A stretch of 64,000 nucleotides of DNA, taken from NCBI GenBank assembly GCA_020536535.1, contig JAHLWZ010000846.1, positions 1 to 64,000 of the forward strand, given 5' to 3'. Source of the stretch: Pelomyxa schiedti. Lineage: Eukaryota; Protista; Evosea. The translations under genes were made by a program, and so were the position numbers. The notes under the pieces are model-generated. The model was given only the letters and a program-made list of their open reading frames with translations, was not told the origin of the DNA and did not search any database. Positions 24,212 through 37,600 of the stretch are shown here, in pieces. Numbering within the stretch: position 1 is the first letter of the stretch; each line of letters begins with the position of its first letter.

Positions 24212-26313
24212 ATGGGTAACGCGGCAATGGGCGCTAGTGATGCCAACGCCTTCCGAGTTGCACTCAACGGCGCGTCGCACAGCGGCGTGCGTGGGGGCCT
24301 CCCCAAGGGGGACTGCATCACCTACGGTGGCGTGTTCAACGAGGCCGTGTTCCCCATGAAGGACGACGAGGCCAACACCACCAGCACCACCGGCGACCTC
24401 GGCATCCTGCGGCCCCTCGTCGAGTGCGCGGTGGAGCCCGCCCCCGACTCCTCCTCCTCCTCCTCCTCCGCCGCCGCCGCGACGACGACGACGACGCCGG
24501 ACCGCAGCGGGGGCTGGGTGGCCGTGGCCCTGTCTGCCGACGCGTGCGACGGCGACGCGGTGGCGTGCCGCGCGGGGCGGTCCATTCATTTGTCTGTGTG
24601 CTTGGACATCTCCGGATCCATGACTGATACTTTCACAACTCCCAAGGTTTGGTTGGTTGTGTGTTAGTGCATTGGGTTAAGTGGGCTGATGCGGGCATGT
24701 AATGTCGCGCTTTGGGTCTCCCTTACCTGGCTTCTTCTCTGCTTTTTTTTTTTGGTTACTTTTTTCAAAATGACAGACAGAAGAAGAATTGTTGGCAGCT
24801 CAATCCAAGATGGATGCGGCCAAGCAAGTGGTCATGTCACTTGTGGCTTCAATGTCACCTGTGTGGCTTCCGTTTTTTTTTTTTTTTTTTTTTTTTTGGT
24901 TGGTTTTGTTTTTCCTTTTTTTGCTTTCTTCAACGGATACTCACCCTCAGAAAGGGAGACCATTTTTCGTTGGTTACATTCAACGAATCTGCACGCGTTG
25001 TACAACCTCTCACTCCAGTTTCTGCCTTGGATAAGTTGGCATTTCATCAGGCAGTATCGTCTCTTTCTCCAGGAGGAGGTACATCACTCTGTGCAGGATA
25101 CACACAGGTAACATCACACATTTTGGGAATTATATGACTCGATCATAGGCAACAAGCGTGTTTTCACCTGTAAAGGGACCCCTCATAGAGCACAGGATTG
25201 TTTTTGTGACAGATATGTGCGACAGTAACCCTGACCAAGAGGGCACCTTGTTTGGGCTGGTTGGCATGAATGCAGAAAGGGGAATATACACCTCCATTGT
25301 GGGTCTTGGTGTTGACTTCAACGTTGCTGTGACTGAAAAGGTGACGCGCGTCAGGGGGGCAAACTATTTTTGTGTATTCAGTCCAGAGTCTTTCCACAAA
25401 ATGATGGTTTCCGAGTTCTCCTTTAATTTCTTCCCGATTGCTTTTGATGTTCAGCTCAGAATGTCTGTTGACACCTCTTTGTACGAAATTGGGGAGGTTT
25501 TGTTACTCTTAAGAATGCCATGACCTCTAACCGCTTTTTCTTCTCAGATTTTTGGGAACTCTCTCTCAGAGAGAAGAGATGGCCAAGTTATACAACAAGA
25601 GAGGTGGATGTATTCTACGCATTGTCTATTTCCGGAACAATTAAAACAGAGCGTTTTTACTTTACTGTGTGCGGCGCAGCACTACAATGCTACACAGCTT
25701 CCCGAGGCAGCCCTCTCCCAAATTGTTAGTTACATCTGCCCCACAGTAACATGTACAATTTCACAGGTGCTAATCCTCTCTTTTTAAAAACGAACAAGAC
25801 TTATAACAGTCCAAGGTGAACACTGTATTTGCATCTCCCACAAGATGGCATGTATCCCACACCACCGCTGTACGTGGTAGTGTTCTACTGGTGAAAATCA
25901 AATCCACTCCAAGGCCTGCCACATCTATTACGGGCCCATCTACGCTCAAGGTTTCAGTACATTACACAGGACCAGCAGATACCCCTTACGGTGTAAGCAC
26001 ACTTGTTACTGTGCCACCAGGAGCACCCCAGAACATCATTTTCTCTGGAGAAGGTGTTAGGAAAGCTTTGTGGCTCTACCGTTATGTTAACAACATCAAA
26101 ACGTGCCTTGGCGCTGCGGAAACTTCCACCCCCCCTGGTTCTGTTCCCCCAGAGTCACTTGCAAAGCTTAAGGCATTTATACCACAATTCTCACAAGAGG
26201 TTACTGAACACTGGCCCACTGACAATGTGATGCTTGATGCCAAGAGCAATCTTCAGTTACTGTGCAATTTGTGTGATAAAAAGCAAAAACAAGAGCAGTG
26301 TTCATTACAATAG
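24212..26313 (+). CDS. von Willebrand factor A domain protein (YfbK/CLCA-like)
   Basis: MIDAS motif CLDISGSM; SKMDAAK; FSLVTFNESAR; GGGTSL; RIVFVTDM; VGLGVDFN. N-terminal MG and C-terminal CSLQ. Confidence 0.85.
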
Positions 26314-26388
26314 AAGGAAAAACCTGTACAAAATCTTTTTTTCTCCAGAATTTTTGTATGTGTTGGGATGCAACGGTTTTTGTCTGGT

Positions 26389-29153
26389 TCAGTCAGAAGG
26401 AGGGCCTTGTTCATCACTAGAATGTTGTCCGGACAGGTCATCCTCGTCAGTTCTGGAGGGTCTCTGAGAATTGTGCATGCTGCCTAAGGGGGAGGATGAT
26501 GGTGATGAGGTAGAGGATGGTGTGGGTGATGTGTTTGTTGTTGCGCGGCCCACAGAGCCGCGGAGGGACATTTCTGCTATTCTCGTTTTGCTGTCCTCAC
26601 TGCAGCAGGTGAGTTCTTCTTCTGAGAATAGGCATAGTTTGGGTTTAGAATAAGAAAGCGAGATAGTAGATATACCTTGGGGGTTCATTGTGGACAGCGA
26701 TAGACCGCCAGAGGCGGTGGTGCCGATGTGGTGCCGGCTGCGATGATGGTGGTGGTGATTACCATCAATATTCTGTTGCTGTTTGACATTGGCTTCTGGG
26801 TGCATTTGTGTAAGCTGAATTTGAGGTTGTTGGAGTGACTGTTGTGGATTAGGAAAAATCTGGGTTTGTTGTGGGTGTGCTGAGGGCATTTGTTGCTGGG
26901 ACTGCTGTTGCATTTGCTGCTGTTGTAAATTTTGCTGCTGTTGCAGCTGTTGCTGTTGGGTTTGTTGCGGTGTTTGTTGCTGGATAGGTTGGCTTTGTTG
27001 TGTCATTTGCATTTGTTGTGTGCTGGCAGCTGCTGCCGCCGCTGCTAGAAAACGTTGGTGTAGTTGTTGCTGTTGTTGTTTGTTGGCTAGCATAAAGGGA
27101 AGTTGGGGGTCGTTGCTTAAATTTCCTAACGCCATCATTCCAATGCCATTCATCATGGAGGCCAGATTTGGGTTTTGACTACTCAGTACTCCTCCAAGAC
27201 CCGGCGGAGAACCTGTTCCAGATGTACCACTCACCATTGGTGTCATTCCTCCCAGTCCCAGAAGTGGTGACATACCCATATTCATGTTTGTTCCACTTTG
27301 CCCAACATTGGGTGCTTGTGATTGCTGCAGCATGAGAAGGAAATGGTCGAGCTCCATATCTGCTCCTCCAGCATCCGCTGTGAAAAAAAAAAAAGTATGG
27401 TTAAAGAGCTTAGTTGTATTACGAAGAACATACCTGGGCTGTGGTGTTGCTCAGAACTATGTGAGAGGGCAGAGTGAATGGAAGGTGCATTGTGCCCAAC
27501 TTGAAGTACACTCCCACTGGCCCCATTTCCAGAGCCCCCATTGGAGTTGTATAAGGCAAGGAGATTTGCGGCACCGTTTGGACTCCCTCCAACACTATTT
27601 TGGTTACTGCTACTTGATCCTCCACTGGATACAGCTTGAGTTCCACTACCACCTCCTACAAACACGTTTGCTGTATTGGAGCCTACTAGTCCTGGGGGTC
27701 GTGTATTAAAGTCTGTTTTGGTAACTAGGTACTCGGAGATTTTTTGGATGCGCATCTCCAGCTGCTCCTCTCGCGATTTAGACTGTAAAAGAACCTGTTG
27801 TCCTCTTAGAGTTGTGAGGCGAATCACAAGAAGAAAATTATAAGGATAAGTGCATACGTCCTTCAACTGCTGTATAGTACTTTGAGTGTCACCGTTTTGT
27901 TTTTGCAACTTCGCAATTTCAGTGAGAAGGCACTTGTATAATGCTGAACTGTCTTGATCCGTAAGGATGGGTGTGCTGCTTGCCATTTGCGGCGTGGCAC
28001 TCAGTACCCCATTATTATTGTGGGTCTGAAGGACTGGCCCTCCACCAGGGGAGAGAAGACTTCCAGGAGGCAGCGTGCCTAGATTGTTGGGTGGCTTCTT
28101 ATGAACAGGTTTTCTGCGTTGTATGTGCTTGAGCAAATGAGGCGTGTCAAATCTGAAGTAGTCGTGCATAAATGCATATCCCTCACGAGATTCAACCTTG
28201 TGGAATCCATATATGTTCAGCTGCCGTACAAAACTAGAAGAAGTTGAAATAAGTCTCACAATAGTGACACTTCACTTACGAACAAAAGTTGGAATGTTTG
28301 AAAAATTTTGGAAGCACTCCAGTTGCAAATTCAACAGGATCCCAAACAATAAAAGCTTGGCGATTATGCTCTTCACTCCAAGAGATCAAGTGCTTGATTG
28401 TGGTGACAATTAGTTTTGAATTTGTATTCATAGTTGAAATTTTGGTTCCCCCAGGCCCATCCCTTTGCGAAAAAAGAAAAAAAAAAGTACCTGAGTAGAG
28501 GCATCATTGACAAGCTCGTACAATTTACACACAAATGGTGCAATGCCATCTTGGGCAGCATTGAGGCTTGTAATGGAAGAAATTGGGTTCGTTACATTCG
28601 TAACAGAGGAAACACCCCCAACGCCATTGGCACTTCCGCCGCCCAAAACGCCGCCATTGAACAACCCCCCTCCCGAGTTGCCAAACACGCCCCCGCCTCC
28701 CGTGTTGTTGATTCCAATCCCAATCCCACCCATTCCGCCAATCCCGAGTCCCCCCATTCCCCCGATTCCCATTCCCATTCCCATCCCCATGCCCATCCCC
28801 ATTCCCATGCCCATGCCAATTCCCCCCATTCCCATAACTCCGTTGGCGCCGCCGAGCCCCATGCCGCCATTTATTCCAGATATGCCCGACAATCCGATGG
28901 CGCCGTTTCCGCCGCCGTTCCCGTTGCCGTTGGTGTTGCTGCTGCTGTTGTTGCTGTTGTTGCCGGTTGGTGTACCCGGGGGCCCGCCGCTTACGTTCAT
29001 CGCGAGCATGCCTCCGTTGACGGCGTTCATGAGGCTGTTGCTGCTGTTGATTGTGTTTGGGGGTGACGACGACGATGACGACGGAGTTTGTACGGCGCTG
29101 GTGGTGACGTTGTCGGACGGCGACTGTGACGAAGGGTTATTATGGGACTTCAT
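26389..29153 (-). CDS. Heat shock factor (HSF)-type transcription factor
   Basis: Spliced HSF DNA-binding domain APFVCKLYELVND...LISWS...[38 protein letters not shown]; HR-A/B coiled coil; Gln-rich C-terminus. Confidence 0.92.
28715..28875 (-). repeat. Gly-Met/Gly-Ile dipeptide repeat in the HSF N-terminus
   Basis: Degenerate 6-nt repeat (cccatt/cccatg/cccatc on the + strand) encoding GMGMGMGMGMGMGMGIGG. Confidence 0.8.
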
Positions 29154-29670
29154 TCTACACTCAAACCTCCGCTGAATGAAACAACCAACACATTAGGTTT
29201 TTGTTGATCAAAAAGGGTAAAGAAAGAAAGGAAAAATAAAAAAAATAGCCGATGTCTGTAACGCACCCGATGTTTGTCGCCACACTGTTCCGGTTTTGTT
29301 TTGTTGCAAAAATTTCGCATTCGGAGAAACGAAAGAAAGCACCATCTGGAAGTCTGTTCGTCGCCGAATCCCGATCATCACCCCCCTCCCTGGGTGAATC
29401 TCGAGCCTCTTTGTTTGGTGACTGATTGCGAAAGGTAGGCCATCATTTTCAAATTCCTGTCATCCCCGGAAGCCTGCTGTAGTTTCGGATGATGCAATTT
29501 GTCAATGTTTTGTGATGTCCGGATGACAGGCAGCAAACAAAAAAAACCAACAAAAACCAGCTCGAAGGGAGTCGGTGGTTGCCGAGATCGAGATTAACGG
29601 TGGTGTGACGTGAGTGAGTAAGCTCCCGCAACGTAACAAGGGATTTGTGCGCGTATCTACCAGAACCGAG

Positions 29671-30903
29671 ATGGGACGTCAAGAACGAATAGCGAGCGCG
29701 ATTGCATTGTGCGCGATACCGATCGCGCTGTGGTACGCAATGGAAGCGCGTCACTTTGTGGCTGATAAACGCGAACGTATTCGCGGACAAGATCTGGGGG
29801 GAGGAGTTGGCGGTGGGGCGTATGACACGGAGGAAGATCTGCAGAGTTTGAGTTCTGTTGTGCGCGACTTTGGTGTTGCTGCAGCTTTCACTGTGGCCAT
29901 TGTGGTGTTTCGCGTACTGCTTTCCAAGTTTGTTTTGAGCTCGCTTACTGAGGCCTGGGTCAATCACAAGGAGTGGGACGAATCTGAACTGAGACAGAGA
30001 CGGGTGTGTTTTGTTGTCTTGCTTGAACTGACATGACTGAACTCGTTGACTAGCTGAATGAATTGAATTACTGACAGATAATTGTGCACAGGAAAAATTT
30101 GAACACTGCTTCTTCCTTTCTTTGTATTACATAACTGCAACTGGCTTTGGGTGGTACGCTCTCTATGACAAGTCGTGGGTACCAGCTGCAATCGTTCCAG
30201 GGGCAAGCGGCGAAGTCAATAACTGTTGGACAAACTTTTGGTTCCAGTTCAATGAAAGATGCACTGAGGTATGTGTATGTAAGCACTGTTTCTACTTAGT
30301 AACGTTATCCCCAAGGTCAAGCTATATTACATGCTCTCTCTTGGTTACACTTTCCAGTCCCTCTTCTTTCTTATTGTACGGAAGCACAGGAGGAATTTTT
30401 TCGAGATGGCCATACACCACACCCTGGAAATGTTGCTCATTATCTATTCATGGGGCTATGGTTATGTAAGGATTGGAACGCTAGTGCTCGCTCTGCACGA
30501 TGTGGGAGATGTGTTCATCAACGTGTTGAGATGTGCAAACGAGCTCAGGTTCGTTAAGACGTCGGTGTTTTTGCTGCTGTCAACTTTAGTAACATGGGTG
30601 TGGTTCCGGCTCTGGGCCTACCCGTGGTACGTGATCAGAAGTACCATGTTTTACGCCTATGACATTGTGATGTCCACTGGTGGAGGTGTCGGTGAGAGTT
30701 CCCTTATTGCACACGAAGGCTACTACTTCTTCAATGCTATGCTATGCGCACTCTATGTACTCCATTGGTTCTGGTTCTACATGTTCTTGAAGATTACGTA
30801 CCACGCACTATTCATGAATCGTGTTGATGACGAAGTGGATGTTGTTGTCACTGAGAAACATGAGCAAGAACAAACAACACCCACCACCAAAAAAGGCCAA
30901 TAG
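29671..30903 (+). CDS. Ceramide synthase (LAG1/TLC family)
   Basis: Lag1p motif RRNFFEMAIHH...RIGTLVLALHDVGDVF; multiple TM segments; C-terminal KKGQ (KKxx ER-retrieval motif). Confidence 0.9.
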
Positions 30904-30990
30904 CCCTGTCCCACCTTACCCCAAAAATTTTGCAATGCAAAAAACCAAAATTTTGGTTTTTCTCCTATTCTATTTCATTTTACATTGAGT

Positions 30991-33305
30991 TCAAGGCAGT
31001 TGCTTTGGTGGTTTGGGAATTGCTTGGTTGCGTGCTCGGGCAACTGCTTTTGTGAGAACTGCTTTAAGAATGTCGAACGCGGAGCCGTAAAAAAGACGCT
31101 CGCAGCCAGCTACATAATTACCAGACACAAAAACCTTGGGGAAGTACTGCTTCCGTCTTGTTTGTTGTTTTGTATTAGTGTTAGTTTGGTTGCATTTTTG
31201 ACTGAAGAGTGCGTACGTGTATTGAACCAAGGCAGACTCGAATTGAGGAGGTCTATCGGTTGTGATTACCCAAGTCACTTGGTCCAACACCCCTTTGAAA
31301 TGGTTTAGAGTGTGAGGTATAAATGGCTGTGAAATACCAATGGACTGGAATACTTCACAAAATTTTTTCATTTCTGGTGCTGTTGTTACAAGTTGTGTGT
31401 AAACACATATAGAGGTACTCTTGACCTCCTATCCTCTTGCTTAAAAAAGTTGTATAACATGAATAGCGTACCACGTCAATCTGAGTCAAAAATGGGTGAT
31501 CCACGGGTAATGGATCCAAGACCACAAGACCCAAGGTATCCCGAAAGGCCTCAGGGATCTATTTGCAATGAGTGTAAGAGGACACAAAAGTGATAGTACT
31601 TTTTCAAATTCCACTTTCGACACTAAAGCCTGTCTTGTATAAGCTTTACAGTTTATCACATTTTCCTGATTGAGTCAGTTGAGGGAGTGTAAGCAGAAAA
31701 CGTGGACGCACCCAATCAATAATGGCTCCCCGAAGATCTGAATCTGTAAGGTGGCACTCCAACAGGGATGCATTGGTGAAATTCGCCTCTCAGTGGAAAA
31801 TAGAGTTGGCACAAGGAGTTTATGTAACCAAATTTACATTTGTAAGATCAGCATCCTGGAATTTGGCCTGATGTAATGTGGCTCCCTCAAAGCTACATCC
31901 ATGAAGAATAGCTCTTTGGAATAAACCTTCAGATGTTATCCAGTACCAAGAAATGTAGCAACTTACAGCCTTTATGCAATTGAGCATTTGTAAATGTACA
32001 GTTTCTCAAATCGGATGTGAGAAAAACGCCACTTATACACGAAAGTGAACTGAAGTTGCTGTTATGAAACTTGCACTTAGTGAACTTTGGTTGGTCCTGC
32101 CAACAGTTATCTAACAAGTCATTGGGAGTGTTGGACACACAAAAACAGCATTGGCGAAGTTTAGATCATCTCCTTGTGACTAAAGAAAGGTTGGTGAAAG
32201 AGGTGGGAACTTCTACTGACTTTGGAGAAATTAGGCCTCGTAGCAATACAAGAAGTAAACGAGGCACCAGATAATATAGATTTCATAAAAGAGGTGGAGG
32301 GTTCAAGTTCTAGACCAGAAAGGTCTAAATTCTGGAGTCTCAACCTCTCAAATTTACTCCTTGGAGCCATTTGGATAAAATCGGTTCTGAATTTGGTAAG
32401 TCTCATCTTCAAAATGTGTGGAAAAGAAACCTTGTCAAGTCAGGTCTACTTGAAATGTCGACAGCCCTTACAAGGGAATCAATTTGGAAGAACTCCGCTT
32501 CCATTAAAACGCCCTGAGACCATATGAACACAAGGTAAAACCGAGGAAAAACCCTACATCCAGGCTGACACCACTATCTAGTAAAAGTCGACCTGTCCGT
32601 AAAAAATTCAATACAACTCGGAAGTAGACAGGATCCCTATCCAAAAAATAGGCCCCTGATCATTTCGTGGGTGTTTATGCTTTTTAATTGAGTATTCAAG
32701 CAATCAATTGAGATTAATACCACTGTCATCGGTTGCAGATGCCCTCAGTGAAGAGTTGAACATCCTTGCTAACATACTGTTTTCATCTACACACGAGTTA
32801 TTCCTTTTAAACCAAGCAAACAAAGGAAACACAAACCTAAGCACAAGGTCCTGCGGGCAGTGACAAAGACTGTACCTCCCACATTGAGGCGCAGCACGTC
32901 AGGCACCAAATCGCAGCTCCTCCTCAGCGTGTTAGCCCTCACCCTCCCAATCACAAAGTTCGCTCCCGCTCCTCCCCCTCCACCGCCACTGGAAGGGGTA
33001 CTGGTCGTGGTCGTGGTCGTGGTAGTAGTAGCAGGAGTTGTCGTGGTGCCAGTGGGTGTGCCTGTGGCTGTATTCGTGGCCGTCGCACCAGGGGCTAGGG
33101 CAGGGGCGGTTGCGACCGCGGCAGCAGTACTAGTAGGAATAATAATAGTGGGTGTGGTAGGGGTGCCGGGTGGGGTGGTCGGAGGCGGTATTTCCGACAA
33201 GCCGGTGGTGGATGTGGCAGTAGCTGGAGCTGTGGCGGTGAGGTTGGGTCTGGCCGGCGTAGATGTGCCCCCTGGGCCTACAACCGACGTCCCTACGGCA
33301 GACAT
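30991..33305 (-). CDS. KCTD9-like BTB/POZ + pentapeptide-repeat protein
   Basis: Thr-rich N-terminus; T1-type BTB LRLNVGGTVFVTARRTL...YFLDRDP; LQNLDLSGLEL followed by A(N/D)L/F-type pentapeptide repeats; uncharacterised C-terminal exons. Confidence 0.82.
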
Positions 33306-33656
33306 TTCCGGCGAAAAAAAAAAAAACCAAACGGGCGAAAAGCCGTTTTTCCCTGAGTCTCCACCGTGTCTGAGATGAGGTGTTGCTCGATGGTGGTTTG
33401 GAAAAAAAAGTAGGGTGAGACGTACCTCTCTTGGCCAGAACTGTCGAATGTTGATCTCATCTATTCAAGCATTGATGCCTTGATCTAAGTTGATTGCCTC
33501 TCACTGACTTTTGGGAAGGGGCCTTCTTGATATTTCGTCATAATTAAGTGTCTTTTTCCTCTGGCCACGTGTACGGTGCTGCCGCCACAATTTAAGGAAA
33601 AGCCTTTGGTCTTTGGACAACAGCTCATAGTAATAACAAATCTGCGTATCAACTCA

Positions 33657-34430
33657 ATGGCCGCGTCAGCTCCCACATTCAACACGCTTGCTGCAACCTA
33701 TGTAACTGTGGTATTTCGTTTGTGACTGGTACTCATACATCGCAAGGATAATAAGACCCCATTCAACATACATGCCGATGTCGTGGCACTCATGTCCAAA
33801 CTTCTCACCGTGACGGCTCGAACCAAGGTTATGGATTTTGGTTCTGGAACTGGTCTACTCACAGAGCACTTTGAGGGAAAAGTACTGGCTCCCCTCTCAC
33901 ATCCAACTCAACTCTGACAATTCATTCTTCTTTGCGTGCAGGTGGCCTCCATTCTTTGCATTGATCCCTCACAGGGAATGTGTGATGAACTCAACAAGAA
34001 AGTAGCAGCGCGTGGCTGGCCCAATATCACCACACTATGCACCACTCTGGAAGGCAAAACACCAGATGATGCTTTCGCTCTCGTACAGCCACACGGTGCA
34101 CCATTTGACCTTATCATTAGCAGCATGACAATGCACCACGTGCAGGACGTTGCCGGAGTCATAAAGTGTCTCGCGAGATGCCTTGCACCTGGAGGCGTTC
34201 TTTGCTTTGTGGATCTTGAAAAAACAGAGCAATCCCACAAGATGCACCCAGTGGCTGTACACCATCTCGTCAGACACCACGGCCTGCCCTGTGATACAGT
34301 CAAGATCTGGATGGACGAAGCCGGCCTCGTCAACACCACCTGCACCAGATCTCTGGCAATGAAGAGAGAAGTCGAAGGTGAGGGGCTGATGGAGTTCCCC
34401 CTCTGGTTGGCAATGGGCAACAAACCTTGA
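33657..34430 (+). CDS. Class I SAM-dependent methyltransferase
   Basis: Motif I VMDFGSGTGLLT; IDPSQGM; FDLIISSMTMHHVQD; LAPGGVLCFVD; two introns. Confidence 0.88.
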
Positions 34431-34644
34431 GATTTTTTTTTTTTTTGAAAGAAATGAGTTTCAATTCAGCACTCGTTGCTAATTTTCGTCCGTTTCGTTC
34501 TTGGCATGTGGCTTAGCTCAAGTAATTATTAGTTCCCCTGCCCTCATGCCAAGATCAAAAAGCCCAAAAAAAAGGTCTGAAACGGAAGAAAAAAAAAGAC
34601 AAATTAAAAATAAAAACAAAGAGGATCGGGTTGCGACAGCGACA

Positions 34645-37600
34645 ATGGACAGCACGACCGTTACCAACGTTCTAGCGCTATTGGACCCCAGTGAGCCGGC
34701 CGAAATTCGTGTTGCTGCCCTTAGCAGGCTCAACGACTTGGTCGACGAGTTTTGGTTTGAGGTCGCCGATCAAATCGCCGCTATAGAGGTCATGTACGAA
34801 GATCCTACGTTTGAAAAGCGTGACCTTGCCGCTCTTGTCGCCTCAAAGGTAAGTTTATCTTCGCCGTACTGGAGTATTAACGAAGTAAATTCAGGTCTAC
34901 TACCACCTCGACGAATACCGTTCAGCTATGCAATACGCGCTGGGTGCTGGTGGCTTACTCAATATCGACGATACTACCAGCGAATTTGTCACTACAATCA
35001 TCACGAAGTGCATCGATGAGTACACAAGATTGCGACAAGAACAAGAGCGTACTACTGATGTGGTATGCTAACAAATAAAAATCTGACTTTTTTTTTTAAC
35101 TAAATGAATCATATCCAGGTAATGATTGACGATAGACTTGTGAGTGTAGTCGAAAAGGTTTTTCAGCGGTGCTTGAAGCAGCGTGATTTCAAGTTAGCAA
35201 TCGGAATAGCTCTTGATTCTAGGAGACTAGATACAGTACGGTTCCACTCCAGAGGCCACGTTTACTCACAGTCAGTAGGTGGAAGAGGCCATTAAACTTT
35301 CTGAAGGACACATGCTCAATTACTGCCGAAAACTTGCACTTGCCGATCAGCCTCTCACCGACAATTGGGTGCACCCCACCCGCACATCAGCAGCATCACA
35401 GACTTCACGTGCCACACATTCGTCCAGCCACACCCTCAGCATTATAGACACCACTTCAACCCGTATTCTCCTTCCTCGTCCTTTCCGTTCGGACCTTTTC
35501 CGCCTCCTTGTGAAGTTATACAATGAACAACCTCAACCAGACTACCCTGCCCTCTGCCAGTGTTTAATACACCTTGGTGACACCCAAGCTGTAGCTGCAT
35601 TGTTGCTGAAATTGTTGGATCAGCCTGACAAAAATTCTGTACTACTTGCTTACCAAATTGCTTTTGACATTTGCGAGTCCTCCCCCCAGTCTGTATTGAA
35701 TACATTGAAAGAACTTTTGTGTGTCAAAGAGGTACTTCAAATGATTTTTTTCTTTTTTTACGAGTTCTAAGTTGAGATATTAAGGTACCAACAGTCGAAA
35801 CACCAAAACCTGCTGAAGCCACTGCAACACAAACAACAACTGCACCTACTCCAGCACAAACAACACCAACACTTCCTAAGACTAATTTGGAAAAATTGTT
35901 GTCTATCATTTCTGGGGAGGTATGCACATTTTTTTTTATGCATCTAGTAGGATCACTCTAAGTTGTATTTCAGATCTCTATTAACCTGTACCTTGATTTT
36001 CTGTATCGACATAACAACACCGACCTCCTCATTTTATCAAATATCAAGAACTCCTTGGATAAGAGTTCTGTCTTGCATTCTGCTACTGTCTTCGCAAACG
36101 CGTGAGTACTCAATAATAATATATAATGACTTTCCAACCGTTTTTCCTTACACAATTGAACTTTAGGTTAATGAATTCCGGAACTACTAGTGATACTTTC
36201 TTGCGAGATAACCTTGAGTGGTTGTCGAAAGCCACGAACTGGGCAAAATTCTCTGCTACAGCGGGGCTTGGCGTTATTCATAAGGGGCATCTCAAAGAAG
36301 CTAGGAAACTCCTTAGCCCCTATTTACCACAAACAGCAGGCGGCCCGGATCAAGGTTCTCCATACAGTGAAGGTGGGGCATTGTATGCCTTGGGCTTAAT
36401 CCATGCAAACCACGGTGCCAGCATTCTTGAATACTTGCTTGGAGCACTAAAAGGTGCTGCAAACAAGGAGATTGTTTTACACGGGTGTTGCTTAGGTCTT
36501 GGGTTAGCAGCCATGGGTACTTACCAATTCTTATTTATTTTTATTCTAATAATATTCTCAGCATCTGAAAACGAAGGAGTTTATGATGAACTACGAACTA
36601 TTTTGTATATGATGGTGGACAGTGCAGTTTCCGGTGAAGCTGCTGGCCTAGCCATGGGTCTTGTTATGTTGGGTTCTGGTTCCGCCAAGGCAATTTCCGA
36701 GATGATTGCCTACGCACATGACACTCAGCACGAACGTATTATTAGGGTATGAATTACCATTCTCACAACTTCCGTTTAACATAAAAAAAGGGACTTGCTA
36801 TCGGTATGGCACTGGTTGTTTTTGGGCGCCAGGAGGAGGCAGATACACTTATTGAACAATTACTGCTCGACAAAGATGCCATTCTCCGCTACGGTGGGAT
36901 GTACGCCATTGCTTTGGCTTACTGTGGGACTGGTTCTGCTCGTGCAATCAAGAGGCTTCTTCATGAAGTATTTTACTATTTTGATACTTTTGAGCTCAAT
37001 GATGTTGCAGGCAGTGAGTGACGTTTCTGATGACGTTCGCAGAGCTGCAGTAACGGGTTTGGGATTCGTTTTATGCAGGCAGCCACAGCAGTGTCCCCAC
37101 GTTGTATCTCTCCTCACAGATAGTTATAATCCCCATGTCAGGTATTTATATCACTTTGTTTAATTTTGTCTTCTGGGTTCCTTCTCCCATTGAAAATATA
37201 CCCTAGGTATGGTGCCACACTTGCACTTGGAATAGCGTGTGCAGGATCGGCACTTTCGGAAGCAGTAGATTTACTTGAGCCAATGACCAAAGATCCCGTG
37301 GACTTTGTCAGGCAAGGAGCTATGATCTCCTTGGCACTTGTTCTCATGCAAACATCCAAACAACTGGAACCACGCGTTGAAACAGTGTGCTTCAATAACT
37401 TCCTTTACATATTCTGACTTTCTCCAGATTTGTAAACTTTACGACTCCAAAGTGACTGAGAAAGGGGAAGAACTTCTCAGTAAAATGGGAGCCATCCTTT
37501 CTACAGGAATCATCAATGCTGTACGCTTCGATAAAATCTTCAAAATCAAAGAAATAACATACCACACACAGGGAGGACGCAATACAACCGTGTCACTCCT

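Noticed and set aside
29160-29670. Heat-shock elements or an ncRNA in the long HSF/ceramide synthase spacer
   Set aside because: No clear array of three inverted nGAAn units and no tRNA- or snRNA-like structure could be supported by eye.
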